NCBI GenBank assembly: GCA_024697725.1 | Contig: JAILFE010000199.1 | Location: 1 to 54,459 of the forward strand | DNA from: Oscillospiraceae bacterium | GTDB lineage: Bacteria; Bacillota; Clostridia; Oscillospirales; Ruminococcaceae | Direction: 5' to 3' | DNA: 54,459 nucleotides | Shown here: piece after piece, positions 35,391 through 44,740 of the stretch | Position numbering within the stretch: position 1 is the first letter of the stretch | Layout: each line of letters opens with the position of its first letter | Notes under the pieces: generated by a model | Told to the model about the DNA's origin: nothing | Seen by the model: the letters and a program-made list of their open reading frames with translations, nothing else | Databases searched by the model: none | Program-made: the position numbers and the translations under genes

Positions 35391-37004
35391 TTAATTGCTG
35401 CTTGTATCGTTTGTATAGTATGCATCCATAGTCTTGCTGGAAACAAGCATTATGAATGAAGCAAGACTGAATATCAGTGCGATCGCGAACCAGATCACCA
35501 TCTTATTGAAATCAGGATTGTTCTTTGCGATATCGGGGTCGATCTTGCGCTGGTTCACGATATACATTACAAGTCCGGGGATCGCAAGAACAGCGGAATT
35601 CGCAAGGAAATAAAGCGTCGAAAGAGTTTTGACAGGCTTTGCCTTTATCATCAGAAGGAGAGAGAACAGTGCTGTGCCGATCGAAAGAAGTATATACAGA
35701 GTATAGTTATCTATCTCACTTCTTCCGATGCCGACGAATGTCGCACCGGCAGATGCAAGTCCGAGGAACATCGTAACAAGTGTGAGCGCAAATCCCTGCT
35801 TAGCTTTTTTGATGCGCTTTTCATCCATGAGGCGGTTGTACATCGCCTGACTTGCCTTCATATTGAAGTTTTCGGGACGGCGGTTGATCTCGTCCTGCAT
35901 CCTCTGCTTGATCGCCTGCTTTTCATTGTCGGCGAGCTTATCCTTTGTGGAAAGGTCCTCGGTCCTTATGCGCTCCTTTACTGTCGTATACTCGTTGCTC
36001 AGATCCTCAAGGATAGGCTTTTCATCCAAAGCCATATCCATATCGTCCATCATGACCATATTCTTTATGGCTGCGGCCGCATCGCGGTCTGTGGAAGTGC
36101 TGCCGGAATGCTTGCTCTTCTTGTCCATATCATCGAGAATGATATTGCTCGGGTCGATGTCGCTCAGAGCACTGTCATCAGGGAGAGCTTCCTCTCTGTT
36201 GTATACATTCTTGTCAGTGGCAGACAAACGGCTCTTTCCGTTATCAAAACTCATATCCGATGCCGGATCCGGAGTGAGCATATCATCCGAACGGGCGGGA
36301 GCTGTGACGCGCGCGCCTCCGGCATTTTTGGGAGGTGACGGCTTTTTGAGCGGCGGAAGATCAAATTTATCTACATCTATATCATTGGGATCTATGGTAA
36401 GCTTTTCGGCACGGCTTATTTCAGCCTCGGAATATGTAACATCGCTTACATTGATATCAGAAGGTGATATATCGTTGATGCCCGTATTTTTTTTCAGCGG
36501 CGGAAGAGATGTGAAGTCATCTGTCACAACATCCGCGCTGCTGACGTCTGAAAGTCCCTCGGGGCGCGAAACCGGCTTCCTGTTACGTCCGATATCACTG
36601 ATGAAAGGAGTGGAGGGAACATCACCATAGATGTTTTCTTCTGTAAACTGCGAATAATCGGTCTGTGAATAATCCTCCTCTGTGCTTTCGTCTGTCTGCT
36701 CTGTATATACGGGAGCTTTTTCCTCACTGTAGGACTGCCCGGAATAACTGCCGTCATAGCTTTCTTCACTGTATTCTCCGGAATTGTCGTCATAGCTCTC
36801 GCCGCTGTAATTGCCGCCGGAGTAGGTATCGCTGTTCGTATCCGCATAATCGGTATCGGATACTGCCGGTTCATCTGATGATTCTGTATATGAAGCTTCC
36901 GCCGTGCTGCTGAAAGAAAAATCAGCGGGCTTTTTTATCTGGGGCAGAGGCGGAAGCTCAAAATCAAGGTCTCCGAGAATATCGTTATTTTTAGTATTAG
37001 GCAT
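35391..37004 (-). CDS. membrane protein with a ~400-aa acidic, disordered N-terminal region and a C-terminal 4-TM domain
   Basis: 537 aa. There is an S/D/E/Y low-complexity block (YSGGNYSGESYDDNSGEYSEESYDGSYSGQSYSEE). An (F)xLPPLxKK motif occurs three times. Four hydrophobic segments lie in residues ~404-522. Confidence 0.7.
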   Translation of the reverse strand: MPNTKNNDILGDLDFELPPLPQIKKPADFSFSSTAEASYTESSDEPAVSDTDYADTNSDTYSGGNYSGESYDDNSGEYSEESYDGSYSGQSYSEEKAPVYTEQTDESTEEDYSQTDYSQFTEENIYGDVPSTPFISDIGRNRKPVSRPEGLSDVSSADVVTDDFTSLPPLKKNTGINDISPSDINVSDVTYSEAEISRAEKLTIDPNDIDVDKFDLPPLKKPSPPKNAGGARVTAPARSDDMLTPDPASDMSFDNGKSRLSATDKNVYNREEALPDDSALSDIDPSNIILDDMDKKSKHSGSTSTDRDAAAAIKNMVMMDDMDMALDEKPILEDLSNEYTTVKERIRTEDLSTKDKLADNEKQAIKQRMQDEINRRPENFNMKASQAMYNRLMDEKRIKKAKQGFALTLVTMFLGLASAGATFVGIGRSEIDNYTLYILLSIGTALFSLLLMIKAKPVKTLSTLYFLANSAVLAIPGLVMYIVNQRKIDPDIAKNNPDFNKMVIWFAIALIFSLASFIMLVSSKTMDAYYTNDTSSN

Positions 37005-37034
37005 AAAATATACCGTCCTTCCATCTGGTTTATA

Positions 37035-37874
37035 TTATTGATCGCTGACAGATATCGTATCGGGGAAAACGTTTGCAGAGCTGTCCTGCAAAAACGTTGT
37101 ATTGACAAAGCCCTTGATGATGGCTCCGTCAAGCACAGTTATCGCCGCTGCATTTATGTCTCCGATAACTATAGCGTCATTTTTGAACTCTGCTTTGCCG
37201 CTGACTTCAATATTGCCTTTTACTCTTCCGTTGATATCGAGATACTGAGTAGTGATATCGCCGAGAAGCACGCTGTCCTTGTCCATGCGGACCTGACCCT
37301 TGGAATGTACATTGCCCTGCATCGACGAGCCTGCCATCATCGCATTGTTGCATTCAATATTGCCGACGAGCTTGCCTGTAAGGCTCACATCCTTGGATAT
37401 CCTTATATCACCGTTGACGCTGCCGTCCACCCTGACATTGGAAAAACCAGTGATCGTGCCTCCCGATATCATGATATTCTTCGAGATGACCGTCAGTTCC
37501 TCGGAACTGCGCTGTTCCTCGGCAGGCTCCGGCCTGTAGGTATGGAGCGGCGGCGGCTCTCTGTAGTGGTCGCCGCGCTGCGATGAATAGTCATTATGAT
37601 CATTGTAGTGATCGTACTGTGTATGCACAGAGTTCTCGGGTGCTGCTTCCTGCTGCACCGGCTCTTCGGGGGAGACGTTTTCACGCAGTGATGCATCTTC
37701 GGCAGAGGAGGCGGCTCCTGTGACAGCCTCCTTCAGCGATTCATCATCCGGTCTTCCGAGAAAGCCGTCAAGACTGCTGTCTTTTTTTGATTCCTCGGAT
37801 AGATTTTTACCTATGATACCTTCATTTTTCAGGATCTCTTTCAGAGCCTGATTGAAATTATCCTTTAAACTCAT
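37035..37874 (-). CDS. bactofilin family cytoskeletal protein with a long N-terminal extension
   Basis: The C-terminal ~130 aa show the bactofilin beta-helix pattern: TVISKNIMISGGTITGFSNVRVDGSVNGDIRISKDVSLTGKLVGNIECNNAMMAGSSMQGNV...GRVKGNIEVSGKAEFKNDAIVIGDINAAAITVLDGAIIKG. Confidence 0.8.
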   Translation of the reverse strand: MSLKDNFNQALKEILKNEGIIGKNLSEESKKDSSLDGFLGRPDDESLKEAVTGAASSAEDASLRENVSPEEPVQQEAAPENSVHTQYDHYNDHNDYSSQRGDHYREPPPLHTYRPEPAEEQRSSEELTVISKNIMISGGTITGFSNVRVDGSVNGDIRISKDVSLTGKLVGNIECNNAMMAGSSMQGNVHSKGQVRMDKDSVLLGDITTQYLDINGRVKGNIEVSGKAEFKNDAIVIGDINAAAITVLDGAIIKGFVNTTFLQDSSANVFPDTISVSDQ

Positions 37875-37946
37875 TTTTAGGACGATCCCTTTCTGTATCT
37901 TACGGATTTATGCCGTTTGATGCCGCATGATGCGGCAGAGAATATG

Positions 37947-38843
37947 TCACTGTCCGGACGAGGAATTGCCTGTAAAAGAAAAACCTTCCTTTTCAAGGCG
38001 AACGATCACATCTTCAAGCGCAGAGATACCGACCTCTCCGCCCTCGCTGCCGCAGAAACCGAGCACTGCAAAGCCGTCGGAGCTTTCCGCTGCGGATATG
38101 GCAGCCGTATACGCTGAGCTCCAAGAGGGGACATCGCTGCCAATGTATGTGCTGTAGATAAGTCTTGTGCTGTCAAAGCGCCGCGGTCTTTCGGCTGTTA
38201 TGCTATAAACGTATCTTTCGGTGTCATAAAGTGAGGCATCCTCTTTGCCGTCATAAAGTATGCCTATCGCGTGCCCTTCGCTGTGGATGCGTTTCAGAAG
38301 AGAATCCTCATACGATCCGCTTTCGGGGATACACCCGGAATCAACGAGAAACAGCGAGGAAATGTCGTATTTCTCCAGTATCGAAAGTATATCCCCTGTA
38401 TTTGCCGACGGAGAGCCGTCAAATATAAGGCACACCGAATCCACAGCCGAAGCTGTATTGCTCCCGGCAGTCACTGGGGCATCGGATTCTATCTTTTCCG
38501 AATCGGTATATTCTGTCACTGCTCTGTTGATATAATTTTCCAGAGCCGAGCTGTTTTCTGAGCTCAGAAACTCTATGATATCATAATCGTCATATCCCTT
38601 TGCGGCAAGTGCGAGATATACCTGATCGATCGTAGTGCCATCCGGGACATTGAGTGCGGATGCGCTGATGGTGTCTCCGGGAACTCCCGTCTCGACAGAC
38701 GGAAGACTGACAGGTATCGCATTGCTGCTGTCAGCAGAGCATATTATACCAAAAAAAAGTGCAAAAGCTGCCATCAGTGCCGCAGCGCAGATAACAAAAG
38801 AATATATGACCTGCTTGAAAAATTTTACGCTTCCAAAATACAT
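37947..38843 (-). CDS. membrane-anchored polysaccharide deacetylase (NodB/CE4)-like protein with a degenerate motif 1
   Basis: VCLIFDGSPSANTGDILSILEKYDISSLFLV compares with the canonical TFDDGP...ATFF. Motif 2 HSEGH (H-S/T-x-x-H) is retained. There is an N-terminal TM. The track ORF runs to TTG 38924, but ATG 38843 (MYFGSVKFF...) lies 8 nt after GGAGA. Confidence 0.55.
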   Translation of the reverse strand: MYFGSVKFFKQVIYSFVICAAALMAAFALFFGIICSADSSNAIPVSLPSVETGVPGDTISASALNVPDGTTIDQVYLALAAKGYDDYDIIEFLSSENSSALENYINRAVTEYTDSEKIESDAPVTAGSNTASAVDSVCLIFDGSPSANTGDILSILEKYDISSLFLVDSGCIPESGSYEDSLLKRIHSEGHAIGILYDGKEDASLYDTERYVYSITAERPRRFDSTRLIYSTYIGSDVPSWSSAYTAAISAAESSDGFAVLGFCGSEGGEVGISALEDVIVRLEKEGFSFTGNSSSGQ

Positions 38844-39261
38844 AGCGTCATTCTCCATGAAAATGCAGCGGCAGTCAGATGCGGTGCTGCCGTCTGCAGT
38901 ATATTTCCGGGTATACTGATACAATTGCTGTCTGTATATCCATATACATATCTATAATACACCTTTTTTTCTTTCATGTCAACACTGTACTAACAAAATA
39001 ATTAGACATTTTTTAAATCATTTGTAACCTTTCGGAAGATGAAACAGTACGAAGCACATGATACAGGCGTAAAGTAAACTACTTTATATGTCCGTCTGAT
39101 GCTCTCACTGCACATTATTTTGTGCAAAATAACGAAAAATATCAACAGGCAGTTATATGTAAAATACAGCTCAATATGTCGGGAAAGTGCGCTCCTGCGC
39201 GGTTATATCGTCATTGCGCCGTGACTCCGGAGATATTTTGATAAAAAAATCTGTAAGGCTA

Positions 39262-39288
39262 TTGCAAATTCTTACAAAATGGTATAAA
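39262..39288 (+). promoter_or_regulatory. possible pgk promoter (TTGCAA-15-TGgTATAAA, extended -10)
   Basis: TTGCAA at 39262-39267 and TATAAA at 39283-39288, the latter preceded by TGG. The spacer is only 15 nt, so this call is weak. Confidence 0.3.
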
Positions 39289-39394
39289 ATAGTTATATGT
39301 ATAGTCAACGGCATAAGAAATTGCGCTTTCAGTGTCGTTTACTATGGATCACCGCTGAGCAAGCGGAAGTATTAAATGAAAGGATGTCATTGCT

Positions 39395-40618
39395 ATGGCA
39401 GGTTTAAACAAGGTCAGTGTTGACGACATTAATGTAAAGGGTAAGAAGGTACTCGTAAGAGTAGACTTCAACGTTCCCCTCAAGGACGGCAAGATCACCA
39501 ATGATAACCGTATCACAGCCGCTCTCCCCACGATCAACAAGCTCGTTGAGAACGGTGCAAAGGTAGTTCTCTGCTCGCACCTCGGCAAGCCGAAGAACGG
39601 TCCGGAGGCTAAGTTCTCTCTTGCTCCCGCAGCTGCAAGACTCGGTGAGCTCGTTAATACAAAGGTAACTTTCGCTGCTGACGATACTGTTGTCGGCGAC
39701 AACGCAAAGAAGGCAGTTGCCGAGATGAATGAAGGCGAGATCGTAGTTCTCGAGAACACCAGATTCCGCGGCGCTGACGAGACCAAGAACGGCGAAGGCT
39801 TCTCCAAGGAACTCGCTGAACTCGTTGACGGTCAGGTATTCGTAATGGACGCATTCGGTTCCTCGCACCGCGCTCACGCTTCTACAGTAGGCGTTACAGC
39901 ATTTGTAAAGGAGACTGCAGTCGGCTATCTTATGCAGAAGGAGATCAAGTTCCTCGGCAATGCCGTTGAGAACCCCGTTCGTCCCTTCGTTGCTATCCTC
40001 GGCGGTGCCAAGGTCGCAGACAAGCTGAACGTTATCTCCAATCTTCTTGAGAAGTGCGATACACTCATCATCGGCGGCGGTATGGCTTATACATTCCTCA
40101 AGGCAAAGGGCTATGAGGTAGGCAAGTCGCTCGTTGATGACGAAAAGATCTCGTACTGCAAGGAAATGATGGAAAAGGCTGAAAAGAACGGCAAGAAGCT
40201 CCTTCTCCCCATAGATACGGTTATCGCTACAGGCTTCCCCGATCCTATCGACGCTCCCGTTGATGTAAAGACCGTTGATTCCGACAAGATCCCCGCTGAT
40301 ATGGAAGGTCTTGATATCGGTGAAAAGACAGCCGCTCTCTTCGCAGAGGCTGCAAAGTCCGCAAAGACAGTTGTCTGGAACGGTCCTATGGGCGTATTCG
40401 AGAACCCCACTCTTGCAAAGGGTACTATCGCAGTAGCAAAGGCTCTCTCCGAGACAGATGCTACAACGATCATCGGCGGAGGCGACAGCGCAGCAGCAGT
40501 CGTTCAGCTCGGCTTTGCAGATAAGATGTCTCACATCTCAACAGGCGGCGGCGCATCCCTTGAATACCTCGAGGGCAAGGTTCTTCCCGGCGTTGCAGCT
40601 ATAGCTGATAAGAACTGA
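39395..40618 (+). CDS. pgk: phosphoglycerate kinase
   Basis: [14 protein letters not shown]-terminus, SHLGKPK, and GGGDSAAAV...[13 protein letters not shown] at the C-terminus. Confidence 0.95.
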   Translation: MAGLNKVSVDDINVKGKKVLVRVDFNVPLKDGKITNDNRITAALPTINKLVENGAKVVLCSHLGKPKNGPEAKFSLAPAAARLGELVNTKVTFAADDTVVGDNAKKAVAEMNEGEIVVLENTRFRGADETKNGEGFSKELAELVDGQVFVMDAFGSSHRAHASTVGVTAFVKETAVGYLMQKEIKFLGNAVENPVRPFVAILGGAKVADKLNVISNLLEKCDTLIIGGGMAYTFLKAKGYEVGKSLVDDEKISYCKEMMEKAEKNGKKLLLPIDTVIATGFPDPIDAPVDVKTVDSDKIPADMEGLDIGEKTAALFAEAAKSAKTVVWNGPMGVFENPTLAKGTIAVAKALSETDATTIIGGGDSAAAVVQLGFADKMSHISTGGGASLEYLEGKVLPGVAAIADKN

Positions 40619-40647
40619 TCTATATAATCCATAAAATGATATAAAAA

Positions 40648-40692
40648 CAGCGGGACATTTCCGTTTTTCGGAAATGTCCCGCTGTTTTTGTG
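40648..40692. terminator. bidirectional rho-independent terminator shared by convergent pgk and ftsK
   Basis: CAGCGGGACATTTCCG (40648-40663) pairs perfectly with CGGAAATGTCCCGCTG (40669-40684). It is flanked by AAAAA on the left and TTTTTGTG on the right. Confidence 0.85.
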
Positions 40693-40720
40693 TCGCTGTT
40701 TTTTTCAATGATAAGATATA

Positions 40721-43648
40721 TCAGACCTCGCCGGGCTGATCGGTCTGTCCCATCGCCTGTCTGAACATCTCACTGTCAGTCCCGTATTTTTTCTGCATAT
40801 ATACTTCCTTGCTCATGAGTATCTGTCTCGGCTTTGCCCCGTCCGCGGGACCCACGATACCCATATCCTCAAGCTCATCGACGATCCTTGCGGCTCTTGC
40901 ATATCCGAGCTTCAGCTTTCTCTGAAGATATGATGTCGAACATTGTCCGTTGTCAACAACGCATTCTATAGCGCGTTCGATGACATCTTCATCGGTACCG
41001 TTGTCGTAGCTCTTGCCGTTGTCCTGCGGCTTTTCGTTCTTTTCTCCCTTGGCGGTCGGGATGTTGTTTTCGATCTCGTTCATGATATCGGCATCGTATT
41101 CCACATCGCCCGAGCCGTTCTTTATGTAGTCAACAACAGCGGCGACCTCTTTGTCGGAGGTGAAGCAGTTCTGCACACGCAGAGGCTTTGCGAATGTAGT
41201 GGGGAAGTAGAGCATATCACCTTGTCCGAGAAGCTTTTCGGCGCCGTTTTCATTCAGTATAAGTCTCGAATCAAGGTCGGAGGCAACTCTCAGTGCGATC
41301 CTCGACGGGATATTCGCCTTGATAAGTCCTGTAACGACTTCCTTTGTGGGACGCTGTGTAGCGATTATAAGATGCATTCCGGCAGCTCGTGCCATCTGCG
41401 CGAGTCTGATTATGGAATCCTCGACTTCCTTTGCTGCCGCCATCATGAGATCTGCAAGCTCGTCGATCACGATGACTATCCTCGGAAGAGGCTCAACTCC
41501 GTCTGTGTTCTGAGCCATAGTATTATATCCGTCGATATCACGCACTCCGTTGTCTGCGAACAGCTTGTATCTTTTGAGCATTTCCTGCACTGCCCATGCG
41601 AGCGCACCCGCCGCTTTTCTCGGATCGGTGACCACGGGTATGAGAAGATGCGGGATGCCGTCATATATCTTGAATTCAACGACCTTCGGGTCGATGAGCA
41701 CAAGACGGACTTCATCGGGAGTTGCATTGTAGAGAAGGCTCATTATTATGCCGTTGGTGCATACCGATTTTCCGGAGCCTGTCGTTCCTGCGATGATTAT
41801 GTGCGGAAGTTTTGCGATATCGCCTAGAACTATCTGTCCGTCGATATTCTTTCCTACGGCGAATGTGAGCTTGCTCTTTGCGTGCTTGAATTCCTCACTG
41901 TCGATTATATCACGCATACCGACAGTATCCTTTATCCTGTTGGGGACTTCTATGCCGACTGCCGCTTTACCAGGGATCGGCGCTTCGATGCGGACGCCTG
42001 ATGCCGCAAGATTCATTGCTATATCATTTGAAAGCTCGGTTATCTTCTTGATCTTGACACCGGCGCTCGGCTGTATTTCGTATCTTGTGACTGTAGGTCC
42101 GCGGTGGATATCGACTATCCTTGTCATGACGCCGAAGGTCTTGAGAGTTTCCACGAGCGTATCGGCGTTAGACTTCATTTCTCTCTCAGCATCGGCAGCG
42201 TTCTGCTCGTTGTGGCTGGGTTTCAGCAGATCTATCGGCGGGAAATGGTACTCGACTGTCTTTTTTGCTTCGGCATTTATCTCCTTCTGGATATCGTGTG
42301 CTGTCATAGTCTCAGGCATATCGAGATCTTCCTCGTCGGTTATCTTGTTGGAAGCGAGCGTTGACGATTTCTGCGTGCGGTGTAGCTGACCTGTCGCCGA
42401 GGGTATCTCTGTGCGTATCGTATCAGCCACACGATGTACGGGAATGGAATTTGCTGCAGCTCTTGCTGCGATCGCTTCAAGAGAGATCTCCGCGGTTGTT
42501 TCTGCGGGGGCGTTCTCTGCTGCTGCGGCAGGCTTTTCAACAGCAACAGCCTTCGATGTATCCTCGGAAGGTGTCTCATCTTCGGTGACAGGCTCGTTCT
42601 TTGCAGTACGGTCAAAGCGTTTCATCTGCTCTGCTTCCTGGGTCTGTCTTGCACTCCTTCCGGAAAGTGCAGCCTTTTTGATTATGCTGTCGAGCTCGTT
42701 TGAGGCGCTGAGGATATTTTTCTTGGCATCAGAGCTTTTTTGTTTGGATTCCTCACGCCTTGCCTTTGATGCTGCTTTGGCATTCTCATTTTCTTCAATG
42801 ATCCTGGAGATCTCTTCGACCTCCTCGCTGACAGCAGTTTCTGAACTGTCCTTTTTGCTTTTTGAGGGTATTGCGATATCTATATTGAAATCATTGCGGG
42901 ACTTGCCTTTTGCTCCGGGAGGTTCGATAAAGTCGGATGCGTCCCCGGCTGGTGCCTTTGTGTGCCTTCCTGCCGATGTTCTTTCGGGAGCAGCTACAGG
43001 CTTGTATTCGCCCCTTGCGCTGTCAGCGGCTGCTGCCAGTCCTCTGAACAGATTGAAGATATCTATGATAGTCTTGTTCGCAAGCAGCATTATCCATACA
43101 AATGTCAGCAGGACTATGACTATACCCGCACCTGTTTTTCCGAAAAGAGCGAGCAGCGGTATGCCGAGTATGATGCTCGTAAGTCCGCCGCCTTCGAGAG
43201 CTTTTCCGCTGTCAAAGAGCTTTGCAATAAGCTCACTGAATTTAAGGGGAGAACTCATCTTTCCGACCATGAATATCTGCAGAGCGGCGCAGAGCATTAT
43301 GATGAGCACGATGCCCTGTATGACCTTGCCCTTGATGTTCTGCGCATCCTTTTCCCGTGCGATCATGAATGAAGCATATATCATGACCGGTGATACCAGA
43401 AATACAGTCATCCCGAACATCCCGAGCAGGAAGTTATGTATAGCGAGCCACGCGGATTCGCCTTTTATCACTGTAAATGCAAGTGTGAGCACCGCAGCGG
43501 CAAAAAGCAGTGTTGACCATAAGACCTTGTCGTTTCCTGCCTTGCTTGCTGCCGTACTTTTACTGCTGCCGCGAGAGGATGTGTTTTTCCTCTTTGCTGA
43601 TGCTGCCGTTTTCTTAGCTGCCAATTTGATTGCCTCCGTTTTACACAT
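40721..43648 (-). CDS. ftsK: DNA translocase FtsK/SpoIIIE
   Basis: N-terminal TM block, a long low-complexity linker, Walker A IIAGTTGSGKSV, Walker B VIVIDELADLMM, and a gamma domain STSYLQRKLKLGYARAARIVDELEDMGIV. The true start may be TTG 43624, which lies 8 nt after GGAGG; ATG 43648 has no RBS. Confidence 0.93.
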   Translation of the reverse strand: MCKTEAIKLAAKKTAASAKRKNTSSRGSSKSTAASKAGNDKVLWSTLLFAAAVLTLAFTVIKGESAWLAIHNFLLGMFGMTVFLVSPVMIYASFMIAREKDAQNIKGKVIQGIVLIIMLCAALQIFMVGKMSSPLKFSELIAKLFDSGKALEGGGLTSIILGIPLLALFGKTGAGIVIVLLTFVWIMLLANKTIIDIFNLFRGLAAAADSARGEYKPVAAPERTSAGRHTKAPAGDASDFIEPPGAKGKSRNDFNIDIAIPSKSKKDSSETAVSEEVEEISRIIEENENAKAASKARREESKQKSSDAKKNILSASNELDSIIKKAALSGRSARQTQEAEQMKRFDRTAKNEPVTEDETPSEDTSKAVAVEKPAAAAENAPAETTAEISLEAIAARAAANSIPVHRVADTIRTEIPSATGQLHRTQKSSTLASNKITDEEDLDMPETMTAHDIQKEINAEAKKTVEYHFPPIDLLKPSHNEQNAADAEREMKSNADTLVETLKTFGVMTRIVDIHRGPTVTRYEIQPSAGVKIKKITELSNDIAMNLAASGVRIEAPIPGKAAVGIEVPNRIKDTVGMRDIIDSEEFKHAKSKLTFAVGKNIDGQIVLGDIAKLPHIIIAGTTGSGKSVCTNGIIMSLLYNATPDEVRLVLIDPKVVEFKIYDGIPHLLIPVVTDPRKAAGALAWAVQEMLKRYKLFADNGVRDIDGYNTMAQNTDGVEPLPRIVIVIDELADLMMAAAKEVEDSIIRLAQMARAAGMHLIIATQRPTKEVVTGLIKANIPSRIALRVASDLDSRLILNENGAEKLLGQGDMLYFPTTFAKPLRVQNCFTSDKEVAAVVDYIKNGSGDVEYDADIMNEIENNIPTAKGEKNEKPQDNGKSYDNGTDEDVIERAIECVVDNGQCSTSYLQRKLKLGYARAARIVDELEDMGIVGPADGAKPRQILMSKEVYMQKKYGTDSEMFRQAMGQTDQPGEV

Positions 43649-43664
43649 ACGCAGATATCTGCGT
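43649..43664. repeat. perfect 16-bp palindrome ACGCAGATATCTGCGT immediately upstream of ftsK
   Basis: Read directly from the sequence; it is self-complementary over all 16 nt. Confidence 0.9.
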
Positions 43665-43718
43665 TTCGGTTATTTTGTCTGCTGCCGGGAATGCATATAC
43701 GCAAAGCCCGGAGCAGAC

Positions 43719-44426
43719 CTATCTGTATCTTTTTTCGCTGTATTCTATAAGCTCATACAGCTTTTCCACTGCATCCGAAAGTCCTCCGAGACTGTCGATA
43801 AGCCCGGATCCGACTGCCGCCGTGCCGTCGAGCACCGTTCCCATATCCATTGCGAGTTCTCCTGTGTTCAACATGAGCTCGGTGTATTTTTCGCGGGATA
43901 TCCTGCTGTTGCGGCATACAAATCCCGTCACGCGCTCCTGCATAGCTTCAAAATAGCGCATGGTCTGCTCTACGCCGAGAACAAGTCCGTTCATCCTTAC
44001 GGGGTGGATAGTCATCGTCGCAGAAGGGACTATGAAGGAGTGCTTCGCCGATACCGCAAGAGGGACTCCGATAGAATGCCCTCCGCCGAGAACGACAGAT
44101 ACCGACGGCGTTTTCATGCCTGCTATAAGCTCTGCGATAGCAAGCCCCGCTTCGACATCGCCGCCGACGGTGTTCAGTATTATGAGAAGCCCCTCGATAG
44201 CCCGATCCTGTTCCGTTTCCGCAAGTGCAGGCAGGATATGCTCGTATTTTGTGGTCTTGTCGGACGGAGGGAGAAGGTAATGCCCCTCGATCTGACCGAT
44301 TATCGTAAGACATCGTATTATATGCTTCGGGTCGGATATCCCGCCGCTACCTGAAAGATATTCCTCGGAGAACGGAACGCGGCCCGCTGCATCCGGATGC
44401 TCTGTATCTGGTTTAATGACGATCAT
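43719..44426 (-). CDS. tepA: ClpP-family protein, TepA-like (translocation-enhancing protein)
   Basis: ClpP/crotonase-like core [43 protein letters not shown]...TMTIHPV. As I recall, its position directly upstream of ftsK/spoIIIE mirrors B. subtilis tepA-spoIIIE. The start codon is uncertain because the GGAG abuts the ATG. Confidence 0.65.
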   Translation of the reverse strand: MIVIKPDTEHPDAAGRVPFSEEYLSGSGGISDPKHIIRCLTIIGQIEGHYLLPPSDKTTKYEHILPALAETEQDRAIEGLLIILNTVGGDVEAGLAIAELIAGMKTPSVSVVLGGGHSIGVPLAVSAKHSFIVPSATMTIHPVRMNGLVLGVEQTMRYFEAMQERVTGFVCRNSRISREKYTELMLNTGELAMDMGTVLDGTAAVGSGLIDSLGGLSDAVEKLYELIEYSEKRYR

Positions 44427-44597
44427 CTCCGCTTTTTAGTGTCATGATCCGTATTATGACCGTGCGGAGAAAAAATATACATTGATTATATCATTTTTAA
44501 TTTTAGTTGTCAAGGCTTTGGAAATGCACTGATTTTCCCGTATCTTCGCGGATAGAACCATTTTTTGATATCTTCGGGCGGTCATTTGTTCCTGTTT

Positions 44598-44606
44598 TGT
44601 TATAAT
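44598..44606 (+). promoter_or_regulatory. extended -10 element TGTTATAAT upstream of the flippase gene
   Basis: TG-T-TATAAT at 44598-44606, with no good -35 element. It would give a ~130-nt leader. Confidence 0.35.
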
Positions 44607-44740
44607 TCGCATGAAAGACCGAATATATATGTGATATACGCACAATCGCAATGCTCAAAAAAGTGCATTGCAACAGCGCTCCGTGCGGCTTTCTGCGGCG
44701 AATATCCTTTGCCGTATCAATGGATAAAAGGACTATGCAT

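Noticed and set aside
39187-39375. 62-aa ORF upstream of pgk
   Set aside because: It has no RBS, its composition is unconvincing, and it overlaps the likely pgk promoter and leader.
42411-44354. 647-aa plus-strand ORF spanning the ftsK 5' region, the intergenic gap and tepA
   Set aside because: - It lies antisense to two confidently called genes.
- It encodes low-complexity A/S-rich sequence.
- It has no RBS.
- Staying open across the 70-nt gap is most simply chance in a frame that is already stop-poor.
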